Of a stretch of 64,000 bases of DNA, positions 11,611-24,593 are shown in pieces (the stretch's first letter is position 1; each line of letters opens with the position of its first letter). This stretch comes from Oculina patagonica (Eukaryota), in assembly GCF_052425735.1 (NCBI RefSeq), contig NC_135771.1, forward strand, positions 3,720,001 through 3,784,000, in the 5' to 3' direction. The translations under genes were made by a program, and so were the position numbers. The notes under the pieces were generated by a model. The model worked only from the letters and a program-made list of their open reading frames with translations, searched no databases and was not told the origin of the DNA.

Positions 11611-14600
11611 ATGGCTTCGAACGTCAAACGTATCAATATTGTGCTCGATTTGATATGTTTTATACTGGTTTTTATCGTTTTCTTGGTAATCAAGATTACT
11701 CTGTACACCACTGCGGAGGGATTGTACCCGACTAAGACGGAATTTCTGTGCGGGGATACAAGCATTCAGAAGACGAAAAAGATAAGCTCTGTGGGCTTCG
11801 AAGTATATCATTATCGTTTATCGCTCTCGTTTATCTTTCCCTTAGTGGTGGTGAGTTTGCGTTGCAACATCATTTACAGTCTTAAAGGGGCTGTGTCGCG
11901 GCAGAGTTAAGTCTATTTTCGCTATGAAACTTAATGTTTGCAAAGAAACTACTTCTATGGATCTAAATGACAAAACCATAGCTTCATTGCAACCAAATGT
12001 GTCTTCCTGGCGTTATAATTTAGAGAGAAGCCTTTATTTAAATAGGGTTACTCCATCAGCTTTACAATAAAAACTGTTATCAATAGAGGCCCTAGTAAAA
12101 AGCAAAAATTAAAAAGTCGCTAAAAGCCTTACAGTGTACCTACAATGGAAGTTAAAAAGATTAGAATATATAAGAGTACTAAGATGCAAGTACTAAGATA
12201 CAAGCAAACAGGATTAACTTTGACTGACTGTTCAGCCCAACAATATTTCAAAAACCCATATCGCAATCCATTTCAATCTTCGTTTCCTTTGGCCATCCGT
12301 ACCTTCTTTTGGATTTGGTGTGTTATTTAAATGATCCTTCACTGTTTTAAGAGGTAATTTTTATATTTCAAAAGTTTGATGGCCATTTCCCATGCCGAAA
12401 TTTAGCTAAAATCCATGACACAGTCCCTTTAATAGTAATTTAAAGGTAAATGTAAGTTATTTAGTAAATAAGTTAGTTTTCATTTAAAGGTTTTAATGAT
12501 TCTTGCTTTATTTTCATTTTTACAGCTTAGCTATTTTATTAGTTAGTAAATNNNNNNNNNNNNNNNNNNNNNNNNNNNNNNNNNNNNNNNNNNNNNNNNN
12601 NNNNNNNNNNNNNNNNNNNNNNNNNNNNNNNNNNNNNNNNNNNNNNNNNNNNNNNNNNNNNNNNNNNNNNNNNNNNNNNNNNNNNNNNNNNNNNNNNNNN
12701 NNNNNNNNNNNNNNNNNNNNNNNNNNNNNNNNNNNNNNNNNNNNNNNNNNNNNNNNNNNNNNNNNNNNNNNNNNNNNNNNNNNNNNNNNNNNNNNNNNNN
12801 NNNNNNNNTTCCGAACTATCCCAGGTCCGTGGCCACTCTTCTGAGCTTTTGTTTTGTGGCTTCTCATTCATACAAGTTGATGGGGATCTTGAAACAGGCC
12901 TGTGAAATTACCGCGAGACTTGACAAATTTGTATTGAACACGGCAGATACTGATTGTCGAGGGCTGTAAGAAAATGACAAGGTCCGATGAAGACCAAGGG
13001 GAGGAAGAGGAACAATCATGTGGACCGATGACCTTAAAGCCTAGGCCTTGGATTACCAGGTAACAGGGCTTCGATAAACATTTAAAGGGACTGTGTCACG
13101 GCTGAGTGAAGTTTACTTTTCGAAAAGAAATCACTTCTCAGAATCAAAATGTCAAACTGACTAAAGCTTTATTGCAGCCAAATGTGACTCCCGGGCATCA
13201 TAATTTAAAGTTACAAGCAAACGAGATTTACTTTGAAAACTGTTAAGCCCAACAATATTTCAACAACCCATATCGCAATCCGTTTCAATCTTGTCACTTT
13301 CGACCATCCGTACCTTCCTTTGTATTTGGTGTGTTATTGAAAGGTTCTTTCACTGTTTTAAGAGCTTATTTTTTACATTTCACCGAATTTGATGGTGATT
13401 ACCTTTGACTAAATTTGGCTAAGATCCGTGACACAGTCCCTTTAAAACATGTAAAAAACTCCCTACCTTTGTTACTGTTCTCACTGTTCGCAATTTACTT
13501 GCAAGAGTTTGGTTTCCATCAGTTATGCCAAGATTTTTTCTCGGAGGGGCAGGGGGGGGGGGGGGGTCGTGATTTCGTATCACAACTGACAAATTCGCTG
13601 CTGTGGCGTTTACCATTTGTTTTAAAGCAGAACTTTAGGGTGGTTTATTACAGTTTTATTTCTCTGAGACAACTGAGCGTGCTAAGGTTACTCTCTCGAT
13701 ATTCTTTGTAAATTTTCAAGTAACGCGTTCAGTATTCATGCAATCCTTGGCGCGTTTGCATCGGTTTTGCAATACTAAACTTAGTGATTGGTTAAAAATT
13801 TTCGCGCCACTTTCTCCGCCAATCAGAAGTAAAACTGAAACCAATTGTGACTCACTCGTGCACGTTCTTCCGCGCTTTCTGTGGGCTTCATGTATTTGCT
13901 TCGAGTTTTGATTGGCTGACTGGATTGTTTGTGTTCTTTGTGATTGACCAGAGTAATTACTTTGGCTTTTGTTTTACGACACTCAGTTGAAAACTGCTTT
14001 AACACGTCACCGCGCATATTTCATTTACCGCCCTTCTTACAACAGTTGCGACTATAGCCTGCATTTATATAAAAATGATTTACTTTTCCTTTTAGCATGA
14101 TTTCGTTGATGTTTTTCTTCATTTTTGGTGGATTCGTGAATGAAATCATCACCGACCTTTCCAAGGTCACTGTGGGCCGTCTGAGGCCCTCATTTGGAAG
14201 CGTGTGCAAGGCCAATGTCACACAGGCCGCCTGCCAACAAGGCTACGTCACAAGCGACGTTTGCACCGGAGACCCTTATGCTGTCAAAATAGCCCAGTAA
14301 GGATGCTTTGGTTGTTTTTGTTTGTTTGCTTGTTGTGTCAGTTCAAAGTAATCATAAGAGCTAGTCACTATAGACCCCCAAATAATACACTAACTAACTA
14401 ATAAAATGTGTTTTTTGCAGATTTTTGGTCTGTTCTGTAATTAGTGTTTGGCTACTTAACCCATGAAAAATATTATCTATTATCTTTCAGAGTCGGCCGG
14501 GGAAGGGGGGGGGGGGGGTAAGTGGTATACCAGCATACCTCAAAATCATGAAAAATACCAAAATTTGAAAAAACCACAGTATACTTTATACCCATAAAAG

Positions 14601-17235
14601 GCCCAATTTTAGGTAAAAATACTGTATACCAAGTTTAAAATGCCCTTGTATACCGTATACCTAAAAACCCTGACCGACCCTGATCTTTGAACATCTAAAG
14701 GATGATAAATTTCCATCCTAGCCATCCACAGCTAAAGACCATTGTTAGCAGTTTCGGTGCTCTAATCTGATATACCTGATATAGAAACGTTTTTAACAGT
14801 TTCTATATTAAAATAAAACAACGATCTCATACCTAAATAACAATTTCATATATATCCAACAACAAGCGCGAGTGGAATCGTTTTATTGTTTTATTAAAAA
14901 CGCCCAAAAGAATTACAATATTTGAACTCCCCAGCTGTTTTCGTCGTGTGGTCAATGATATATGAGCACATACGCCATTGCCTGTTAATAAGAGAGGATC
15001 CTCTCTTGCTGTTAACCAATCAAAACTCAGGAATTGCAATACCATTGCTAGTTTTAATAATGGCTAATATTAGTTGATAACTATTCCTTGCAGATTGGGT
15101 TTCCCGTCTGGCCACAGTTCCATTTCCATGTACGGAATGCTGTTTCTTGCGGTAAATCTTAGTCTGTAGTTGTTACGTTGTTTTGTTCTTTCTTTATAAT
15201 GTGTTCGCTTGTTCGTTAGCATTAGTCTCCCAGGAGGGGTGCTCGGCGTTACATTTTCAGGGGGGGGGGGGGGGCTTAGACTGACACAAAAATACTTGGC
15301 AGGTTTTCATGTTTCCGTTCCAGACTATTTGTTTTCTGAGCCGTTTCTAGACCGAGGATTTCAGAAGATTCCCGATTGTTGTTCAAATTCGCGAAGGCCA
15401 TACGAACGTTATCGATGATTCCAAAACGTGGGGGGTGCTGCTCCGCTGCCTATGATATTATCTCATGACTGATTTCTATTTTGACTCGTCCGACGGGCTC
15501 TCCAAAAGACTCCAATACTCCTAAAAAAATATGCAGCGATACAACACATAAAATGTCTAAAAATATATAATTTCTCTGCTAGTTTCAAAACTAGGTACAA
15601 TAAGCTTTCTTTCAAGCATCGCAAGCATTCACACGACACTGTACTATCAAAGTACATTTGGGACCTGTCTGATACTAACACCGAATTTTCGATCAAGTGG
15701 TCCATTGTCATGAGAGCAAGCGCTTACAGGGGAAACCCGTCACGCTGCAATTTGTGTCTGACGGAGAAGCTCTGCATTGCATACTATCAGCTGACAGATC
15801 TACTCTCTTGAACAAAAGATCTGAGCTTGTTACCAAGTGCAGGCACGAAAACAAGTACTACGCAACCAATCAGAGACAGAATCGTTCCAACCGTCCTCCA
15901 TGAACGAAGTTTAAATTGTATTTTACCCGCATCTAACGGCACAGTCTGATGATCGCTTCGTGCGTGAAACTCTGAGTAACTGTCCGTGAAGTTTCTATCT
16001 TTAATTATAATAATTTCTCTGCTACACAGTTTTATATCCAGTCAGCCGTGAGGACGGAAGCTAAGCTGTTGAAGCCATTGCTGCAGATTGTGCTTGTGTC
16101 TTTGTCTTTGTTCATTGGATTAAGCCGCATCAATGACAATCAACACTTCATGAGCGACGTTTTTGCGGGTTTCTTACTCGGAGCCACTATTGCGTGGCTT
16201 ATGGTGAGTTATTTTCATTTGATAGCGTTATTTATATACCGGCCAGGGGTGAAAGGCTCAGTGTACCGGCTTATGAGTGAGCTAGCAGGGTAGGCGTTTT
16301 CTGCTCACAGGCAGTCCTCTTCGCCCTATTTTCTTTTTTGCGTTGTTATGGAACTTCACGTAAGCCTAGTTTTCACTAGCGACGCAAGCACAAGCGCAAG
16401 CATAAGCGCAATCACGCAAAAAGGAAAAATTTTGATCCTTATTCTTGTGCTTGTCGCAAGCACAAGCATAAAACTGCAATGCGCTTGTGCTTTTGCTTGA
16501 GTCGAAGCCGTTTTCACGGTGAAATAAGAGCTGTTCATGTGTTCTTGCGCTTGTACTTGCGTCGTTAGTGAAAACCAGGCTTTACTTGAATGCAAATATT
16601 TAGTTAATATTTGTATAGTTTTTTCCTTGTCAAGTTAGCGGTAATTTATTTTCTATGGAGGCCATGAGCGCACACTTGTTTCTCGCATTCGGATATTTTC
16701 GTTGTTTTTTAAAGTCAAAATCATTTGTAAACTTTTTGTATTTCGACCAACCCACAGCAGAACTTGTACAAATATACAGGTATACAAAACAATGAATTGC
16801 CTAATTACTGTAGCTATTGTTTTATCAAACTTGTCAGTGATTTCAGTCTGGAGAATAAGTGCCAGTTTTGGCAAATCTTCGTTGAAGCACTCGAAGAGTT
16901 TCTGAATTATTTCATCCAATCAAAATCTAGTGCGAGTGCTCACGATTACTCCGAAAGCAATTGCGCGAGCAAATACGTCATGTTACTTAGCAACTTCTGG
17001 TAGGAAAACTGCGGGCTCAGTCACTTCTTGGAAAAGTGATGTCGCCATCAACTGGCACCCGACTGGATTTATGGAAACCTTACTTTAGTTCCAGCATTCT
17101 TATTCCATATTGCCATTTTTTCTCTTTTTCTAGGCATTCAAGGTCCTGAAGCTCTTTGCCATTCCAACCCGGAAGCCAAAAAAATACACACTTTTGCCAC
17201 AACAGGGACAAACCTCCATCAACGAGGCCGAATAA
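11611..17235 (+). CDS. PAP2-superfamily phospholipid (lipid phosphate) phosphatase, copy A, ~295 aa, 6 coding exons
   Basis: Exons 11611-11850, 12947-13059, 14096-14296, 15094-15151, 16030-16203, 17134-17235, all GT-AG and frame-consistent. C1 KVTVGRLRP, C2 FPSGH, C3 SRINDNQHFMSD; FLCGDTSI motif; multiple TM segments. The assembly gap falls in intron 1. Confidence 0.88.
11882..12432. mobile_element. TTAA-flanked MITE (Kolobok-like) carrying a nested antisense LINE 3' tail (~12025-12200)
   Basis: ttaaagggggctgtgtcgcgg / ccatgacacagtccctttaa; the nested segment is the reverse complement of the LINE tail at ~43430-43580. Confidence 0.65.
12552..12808. other. Assembly gap (257 N)
   Basis: Run of N. 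Confidence 1.
13082..13445. mobile_element. TTAA-flanked MITE (Kolobok-like); related copies at ~38930-39280, ~49565-49920 and ~59525-59900
   Basis: Perfect TIR ttaaagggactgtgtcacgg / ccgtgacacagtccctttaa. Confidence 0.75.
15582..16009 (+). mobile_element. 5'-truncated Penelope-like retroelement (C-terminal GIY-YIG region plus 3' end) in PAP2-A intron 4
   Basis: Frameshifted translation FKTRYN..HDTVLSKYIWDL..FSIKWSIV..RCNLCLTEKLCI..LLNKRSELVTKCRHENK; 15-bp TSD ATAATTTCTCTGCTA (15567-15581 / 16010-16024); absent from PAP2-B. Confidence 0.85.
15941..15983 (+). ncRNA. Type I minimal hammerhead ribozyme (Penelope-associated)
   Basis: acagt-CTGATGA-tcgc ttcgt gcgt-GAAA-ctc t gag-TA-actgt: stem I acagt/actgt, intact core, short palindromic stem III, GUA cleavage triplet (cut after 15978). 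Confidence 0.8.
16362..16583. mobile_element. Harbinger-like MITE in PAP2-A intron 5
   Basis: aagcctagttttcactagcgacgcaag / cttgcgtcgttagtgaaaaccaggctt. Confidence 0.65.
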
Positions 17236-18373
17236 CACCATTGACTGTATCTTTATTTCATGAAGGCGCAATTACACTACAGCTGAACTAGCTTGAACTG
17301 TAATCTTATTTAGTTTTAAAACATAAAAATTCCAACTAGTCTTAAGATTAATTGGACACCTTAAAAATTTCAACACACTGTTTCTATTTCTTACACACAG
17401 TTTTATTTCACTTATCTTTTTCCCGCGACTTTTTCATAGAAACGCATAAGGACAGGCTCGTGGATCGAAACGTGGAGCGCGAGCCACGCGCAAACCACGT
17501 GCGTGTATCTCACCCATCGCGTGTTCTGTGCGTATCATTATCATAAGCAGCAAAAGCACCATTAGTTATTTGTTTTCATCCTTAGTTATTTTCTCCAGGT
17601 TTATTATAGTGTAATTGTGCCTACACTGAGATGCTCATTTAACGTGAGTTGAAAGGGGATTTGATTTATAACAGCATAGCTGGGGGGGGGGGGGAGTGTT
17701 TATTTCTTGAGAGTGTACTATACTGGCGTACTTGTAACCGAAACAAGCGGACGCGGGTTCCTACTGTGGAAGTTTGAAACGGTTAACATGAAAATAAAAT
17801 AAAATAATGTTTATTGCGTGTTTTTCTGTTCTGCTCGAAGGGAATTTAGCTTAGGATGATTGATTGCCATCAACATGATAACCCACAACTCCCGCCCGTT
17901 ATTTAAAATTTTGGGAGACGCTATTCTTAGAGGTAACATTCTTTAAGATGCTTGTCATTCTTCTTTAATGAACTTCAGAAAGCTATGGCCTGTGTTTGCA
18001 TACAAAACGTGAGTTCTGCATCACTGAGAAATCAGTTACGTTTGCAATCGGTTTCTTGGCAATTTTTGACCAAATTTTTCTCTTTGGCTTCCTATGTGTC
18101 GCTTTGTCGTGTTTTTCTATTCCTTCAAGCCATAATTGTTTAGGTTAAGCCTTATTTTTTTGACGCTGCATTGCTTGCTTAATTTAAAATACTTCAGGCT
18201 TTTTAAAAAAGCGACTAGTGCGTGATCAAGCCCTCTTATGTTCAAACGCAGTGGTGCAAAAAGGCAAGAAAATTTACATAATGGTCGGAGATTACCCAAA
18301 GTGAGAAAGCCATTCAAATGAAAAGGTTACTCTTCCGTATCTTAGCACTGTGATCGACATTTACGGCCACAAG

Positions 18374-21300
18374 ATGGCTTCGAACGTCAAACTTATCAAT
18401 ATTGTGTTCGATTTGATATGTTTTATACTAGTTTTTATCGTTTTCTTGGTAATCAAGATTACTCTGTACGGTTCAGCGGAAGGATTGTACCCGGCTAAGC
18501 AGGGATTTCTGTGCGGGGATACAAGCATTCAGAAGCCGCTTAAGGAAAACTATTTGGGACACGAAGTTGTTGATCCGCTCTCGTTTATCATTCCCATAGT
18601 GGTGGTGAGTTTGTGTTGCAACATCATTTACAGTCTCCATTTTTTCAAATAGTTATTTCATCTGCTTTGAGGCAAGGAAAAGCCTACAAGTAGTCGTGTG
18701 TCGTAACATGAAACATACACTGCACCAGTTGTTTGTTTTAGTGGAAGCTGGGTGCTGTATGGATTTTGTGTATATTTCTGGAATTTACTTGAAGTGGGCG
18801 AAACAAAATTTGACCGAACCAACTCCGGACTCATAATCACTCACATTAACATTTTCTTGCTGTCTTTAACGATAATTCCAGCCTTTTAATACTCAGAAGA
18901 AAATATATAAAATAAAGAAAACTGGTGTAAACATGAATTCGAAACTGCTTTGTTATCAACCCAAAAGAGTAATTCCAGATAACTTTTCGGGATGAATGAT
19001 CTTTTCTGATTTTGTTGCCGATAGGCTTATTATACTCGACATTGATCACTCCGTTTAGACGAACTTTTCTGTCAGTTTTTTTTTTATAGTGTTTGTGACT
19101 CTCTCTTTTTCTATTGACTATTAAGGTGCTGAAGGCAAACTGAGTTTCTTTGAAAATTAACATTCCTAAAAAGCAAAAGCCCTTTGTAAGAGGGATGGCT
19201 GCTGGCTTGCAAACTGCCAGTCACGATAGCCCACTGTATGAAATGATAAGTAAACTGTATCGAATGTTTTCAGCCGGAGAACTGCAGTTGGATTTCCAGT
19301 TATACATGTAGTTATCTTTTTCAAGTCGTTTAGCGAAAAGATTTAAAGTTATTAGACGTAATTAATTCAGTTCGGGAGAACAACTTCTTTGTTTATGCAA
19401 ATTTGTGCAAAACACTTCACAACAAGATTGTTGAAAAAACTAGGTTATGGTTCTAGCAATGGTTGAGCTCTGATTAGATATCTGCTGAAGTCTCCCAGAT
19501 GGGGCATAAATGCGTGATAAAAGGTTCTCAAACGAGAGCATTCATTTCATTGATCGAACAGGTTTACATCTCTTATTAGACTTGTCGTAGGGAGGAATTT
19601 TAATTAAATGTTGATATATATAAGCTACTGGTAGTGAACCGAATCAAAGTAAGCTTTCGAAACTTTCACCAATTTAAAATTCGATAACCAAAAACTTTCT
19701 GTAACTTAGGAGAGTTTGCTGTCACAAGAATTCTCAGGTGTGTTTTTTAATTCTCATTTACGAAAGCAACCATCATCTTTTCATACGGCTGAGTGGTCAA
19801 CTCTGTCAACTTACCTGTACGATCAATCAATAAATTAGCGCCAAAATAAAGAAATGCTGGTACTGAAATTTGTCAATTTCAGTACCAGCATTCAACCGGC
19901 TTTAAAACAACGGATAACTAAACAAGAGTTTGCTTAAGTTGATTTTAAACCAGAGAAAACCTCCGCCGGAAGGAAATCTGATCAATACCTGAAAACAACA
20001 CTTCACACTCCAACAAGTCTTTTGTTTTTCTATTTAGAGCAACTAAGATCAAAAGACATAGAACTTTTGTACACAGTACAATCTCAAGTTCGACCACGGT
20101 TGTGCTGATTTATACTCTTATATAGATTTAGTTCTCGAAGAAATGTTCGTAGTTTTATAGAAGTGTTTGCAAAGTGGCATGAGGTGTCTTCTTGATATTG
20201 CATTTGAGCGACATCTTTTGGAGCAAAGTGGCATGAAGTGTCTTCTTGATATTGCATTTGAGCGACATCTTTTGGAGCACTTGCAAGTATAATTGTGTAA
20301 TTTTTGGATTGGTTAAAAACAATCGTAAACCGGCTTTGGGCGAGGATAACGAAGAGCAAGGTTTCCCGACTGAACCCTAGTGAATTTGTTTGTTTTCCTT
20401 TTTGGGAGGGAGGGAGGGAGGGAGGGAGCTTTTGTTCTGAGCTTTTGTTTTGTGGCTTTTCATTCATACAAGTTGATGGAGATTGTGAAACTGGGAGGTA
20501 GGGAGAGAGATAAAGGAAGGAATTCGAAGGGAGCCAAGGAATCTCTTTCCTTCCGATCTATCCCAGCTCGTTGGACACTCTTCTGAGCTTTTGTGGTTTT
20601 TGAAAAGTGATCGCGGGATCTTGAAACAGGCTTGTAAAATAAATCCAAGTCTCAAATTTGTATTATACATTACAGATATTGATTGTTGAGGGCTGTAACA
20701 ACATGACAAGGTCCGATGAAGAGCAAGATGAAGATGAGGAATCGTATGGACCGATTACCTTGAAGCCCTGGATTGCCAGGTGAGAGGACCAACGATCAAC
20801 ATTAGAATTCTCTTTACTTTTGTTATACATTTTTTCTAATTATACTTGGGAAAATTCGGTTTTCATCAGCGATATCAAGGTTGATCATGAAACAGTTTTC
20901 ATAATCTAGTAACTTGAATTCGACAGGACAAAAGTAATAAGAAAACACGAATTATTAATTAGGATGTTGTCTAATAAATAAGACTTTCTGTTGACCGTTT
21001 AGAACTGAGGGAAACGCGTTGATAGCAAAAAACCTATGTAGGGTGTTAAGGGGGAGGGGGGTAAAGTTTTGGAGCGTACTTTCACGCACATGAACTCTCT
21101 ACAAGGCGCTCATTTTTACCCAAATTACCACAGTAAATCAACGGTTATCTCTTTTCATGTGCCACGCACCTTTTAACCTCATGTACAATTAAACAATAAT
21201 AACAATCACATTAGCAGTAATAATAACGATAATGATAATATACTGTTAAATAAATTATTGATTTAGAGGATAATACATGATGTACAACCATGTATTATTC

Positions 21301-24300
21301 TGTTTATTATATAAACCTACTAATTACGATGTTTTTGACGATTTTCCAAAGATTTCCGACCATTTTCCGAAGATTTCCGAAGATTTTCAAAATGTTGTCC
21401 AAAGATCGTGCGAATGATTCCGAACAGTTTCCGAAATTTCCGAGTTTTTCCGAAGATTACCGAAGATTGCCAAGGAAAATCTAAATATTTTTCGACTTAA
21501 TATCGATAAACTTTGGCGCATTGAGCATTCAAACATTCAAACATGACAATTAATTCTGCGAGCTGATTGGTCAAAAATGATATCACACATGTGTGGATTT
21601 CATTTTTATCCACACATGTGTGATACCATTTTTATCGATTTGCTAACGCTCGCTATACCACTGCAGTTTATATAATAAAAGCCCTTCACCCATTTTGTTT
21701 TCCCTGTAGCATGATTTCGTTGATGTTTGTCTTTGTTTGTGGCGGATTCCTGAACGGAATCATCACCGACCTTTCCAAGATCACTGTGGGCCGTCTGAGG
21801 CCCACATTTGGAGCCGTGTGCAAGGCCAATGTCACACAGGCCGCCTGCCAACAAGGCTACGTCACGAGCGAGGTTTGCACGGGAGACCCTTATGATGTCA
21901 AAATAGCCCAGTAAGGATACTTTGGTTGTTTTTGTTCATTTGTTTGTTTGCTTGTCACTTGATTCAAGGTAATCATAGATCATCATTACAGCCAGTGACC
22001 ACTTAGTACTTTATGTAATAGTAATTGGACTGAGTGGAGTACAATTCAGGGATTAATCGGGCGAGTAATTTCAAAATCGGCCGAGTGTGCAGCGCGAGGA
22101 CGATTTAAAATTACGAGCACGGTTACTTCCTGAATTGTACGACACGGGGTCCAATTACTAATTAATCGTATCAATAACAAAATTCGAAGTTAGGAAGTCT
22201 TTGAGAATCTTTGTTGAAAAAGTTAATGGTAAATTCAATTGGTTGTACAAACAGTGGGAAAACGGCAAAAAAACCCATTTAAATGCGCGTGATTGACGCG
22301 CGAATGGCGTAGGTTTACAATTACAGGTCCAATTTGAAGTTGTTCAAATTGGATACCTGTAATTGGACACCCACGTGATCGCGCGCCAATAACGCGACAA
22401 ATAGGCGCGCGCAGAACCAATCAAAATCGAGAATTTTCTTATAGATACGATTAGCAAACAAATTTTACCGGTAGTAAGCGCAGGAAAACATGTAACTTAT
22501 AGCGGTAAGAAAACTTTAACAGGCGACAAGAGAGAAAATATGCAATTGTGTAAGGCTAAGGAAAATGTGTAAATGTTTGGAACGTGGGTAAACAGGTTAC
22601 ATGGGAAAAGCACGCAAAAATTATTAGCCATTTAAAGACATCAGTAGTTTGGGTTTTGCAACTAAAATAATTGGTTGGAAAAATACAACAAAAACAACGT
22701 TTCGTTCTGATTGGTTAGAGGATTTCAGAAAAGCATTCGCGATGTTTGCAAGTTCTATAAACTAATCGTATTTAAAAGCTACAGTTTAAAAGCACAAAGA
22801 GCAAGTATGAAAACACTTTTGAAAGTTAATTTACTAGTAGGAGAGAGCTGGAGAGAGCGCGGTAAATGGCCCAGATTGTGGAAACACTTAAAACTGTTGA
22901 TATGGATGAATCTCTATTGGTTAATATCAAATGTAAATGTAAATGTAAAAAAATGTAAATGTAATTTATTTACCCACGTAACACCGAAAAGCTTAGAGCT
23001 CGTTGAGACGTGTACGTGCATCGAAGATCGAATTGGAATTTGGAGTGTTGGTTTTTGTGGAGGGAGGAAAACCGGAGAACCCGGAGAAAAACCCTCGGAG
23101 CAAGGACGAGAACCAACAACAAACCCAACCCACATATGACACCGGACCGGAATCGAACCCGGGCCACATTGGTGGGAGGCGAGCGCTCTAACCACTGCGC
23201 CACCCCTGCCCCCCTGCTCCTCCTCAAATGATGTTTTAATAGTTGATAACTATTCCTTACAGATTATCTTTCCCGTCTGGTCACAGTTCCATTTCCATGT
23301 ACGGAATGTTGTTTCTTGCGGTAAGTCTTAGTATGTATTTGTTGTTTCGTCCTGTCTTTTAGATGTGTTCGTTTGTTCTTTAGACTCCCAAGAAGGGGAA
23401 TACCCCCCCCCCCCCCCAAAAAAAAATAAATAAATAAATAAATAAATAAAAATTGTATGGGATGTGCGGCGCGATTTTTGGCAACCTTTTCCTCCAGCCC
23501 TTGTGCTATTTCAGAGCCCTACGGACTCTCGCCAAAATACTGCAATACTTCTCAAACATATACAGCGATACTACACAGTAAAATGTCTAATAATATACAC
23601 TTAATGACTGTTCCCCAGGGAAACAGTTAATTTTGTTTCCCGAGAATCTCAATGTTTCCCGAGGCAAAGCTTAGAAAAATGGCGTTTGTCGGTAAACATT
23701 CGCGGGCAAATTTCAATGTTACCCTTTGACGTCATAGATATTGCCCGCTCAGAGATTTTTTGGCGGGAAATATTTTTTATTGTTAGATGTCATATGTCCT
23801 CAAGTTAGCCAATAAGAGCGTGCGCTGTAAGAGAAAAGTTTCTAACTTATAACAAACATCGATACTACACACTAAAATGTCTAACATTTTCTCTGCTACG
23901 CAGTTTTATATCCAGTCAGCCGTGAGGACGGAAGCTAAACTGATGAAGCCATTGCTCCAGATTGTGCTCGTGTCTCTGTCCTTGTTCGTTGGACTGAGCC
24001 GCCTCGCTGATAATTCCAACTTTATGAGCGATATTGCGGCGGGTTTCTTACTCGGAGCCATTATTGCGTGGCTTTTTGTGAGTTAATTTCCTTCGATAAC
24101 GTGTACTTATTAAATATACTGCAAAAATTCCCCCAGGGGGAAATGAGGTACTCATTAAGCTTAGGATAGTTGTTTGCTGCAAAGGTTCTTAAAATATAGT
24201 AAATGGTTTGAACCCAGGAGTAACAGTAGGTCGTATAGTGTGATCGTCCGGGGGAGAGTAGTTCTGAGAACAACTGTTGTTCTTAAACCCGGACCCTATT

Positions 24301-24593
24301 TAAGGATAGAAAATTGAAAACTGACACCCTTTCTAAGGGCCAAGCCCAAACCATGACACCGTATCTATGTGTAAAACGATAACTGAGAATTCTGTGAACA
24401 GTTCGTTTTTATTTCTTCTCTGTAGTATGGAAAGTTTAATCATCAAACCATATCTTCCTTACCATATATTCTGGTGTTTTTTTCCTTCTAGGCATTCAAG
24501 GTCCTGAAGCTCTTTGCCATTCGAATCCGGAAGCCAAAGGTTTACACGCTGTTGCCACAACAACGCCAAACCTCCATCAAAGAGGCCGAATAA
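18374..24593 (+). CDS. PAP2-superfamily phospholipid phosphatase-like, copy B, ~289 aa, C3 His->Asn (probable pseudo-phosphatase)
   Basis: Exons 18374-18604, 20676-20779, 21710-21910, 23263-23320, 23904-24077, 24492-24593, same phases as copy A. C1 KITVGRLRP, C2 SFPSGH, C3 SRLADNSNFMSD. Confidence 0.87.
20169..20279 (+). repeat. 54-bp tandem duplication
   Basis: gcaaagtggcatga(g/a)gtgtcttcttgatattgcatttgagcgacatcttttgga x2. Confidence 0.9.
22929..23219 (-). mobile_element. tRNA-derived SINE with V-domain-like core in PAP2-B intron 3
   Basis: Minus strand: tggcgcagtggttagagc (A box), ggttcgattcc (B box), tttctccgggttctccggttttcctccc core, (tttaca)n tail. Confidence 0.85.

Noticed and set aside
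12503-12871. ORFs of 110-115 aa
   Set aside because: Artefacts of the N gap.
22711-23231. Cluster of overlapping ORFs
   Set aside because: Largely coincide with a GC-rich SINE.
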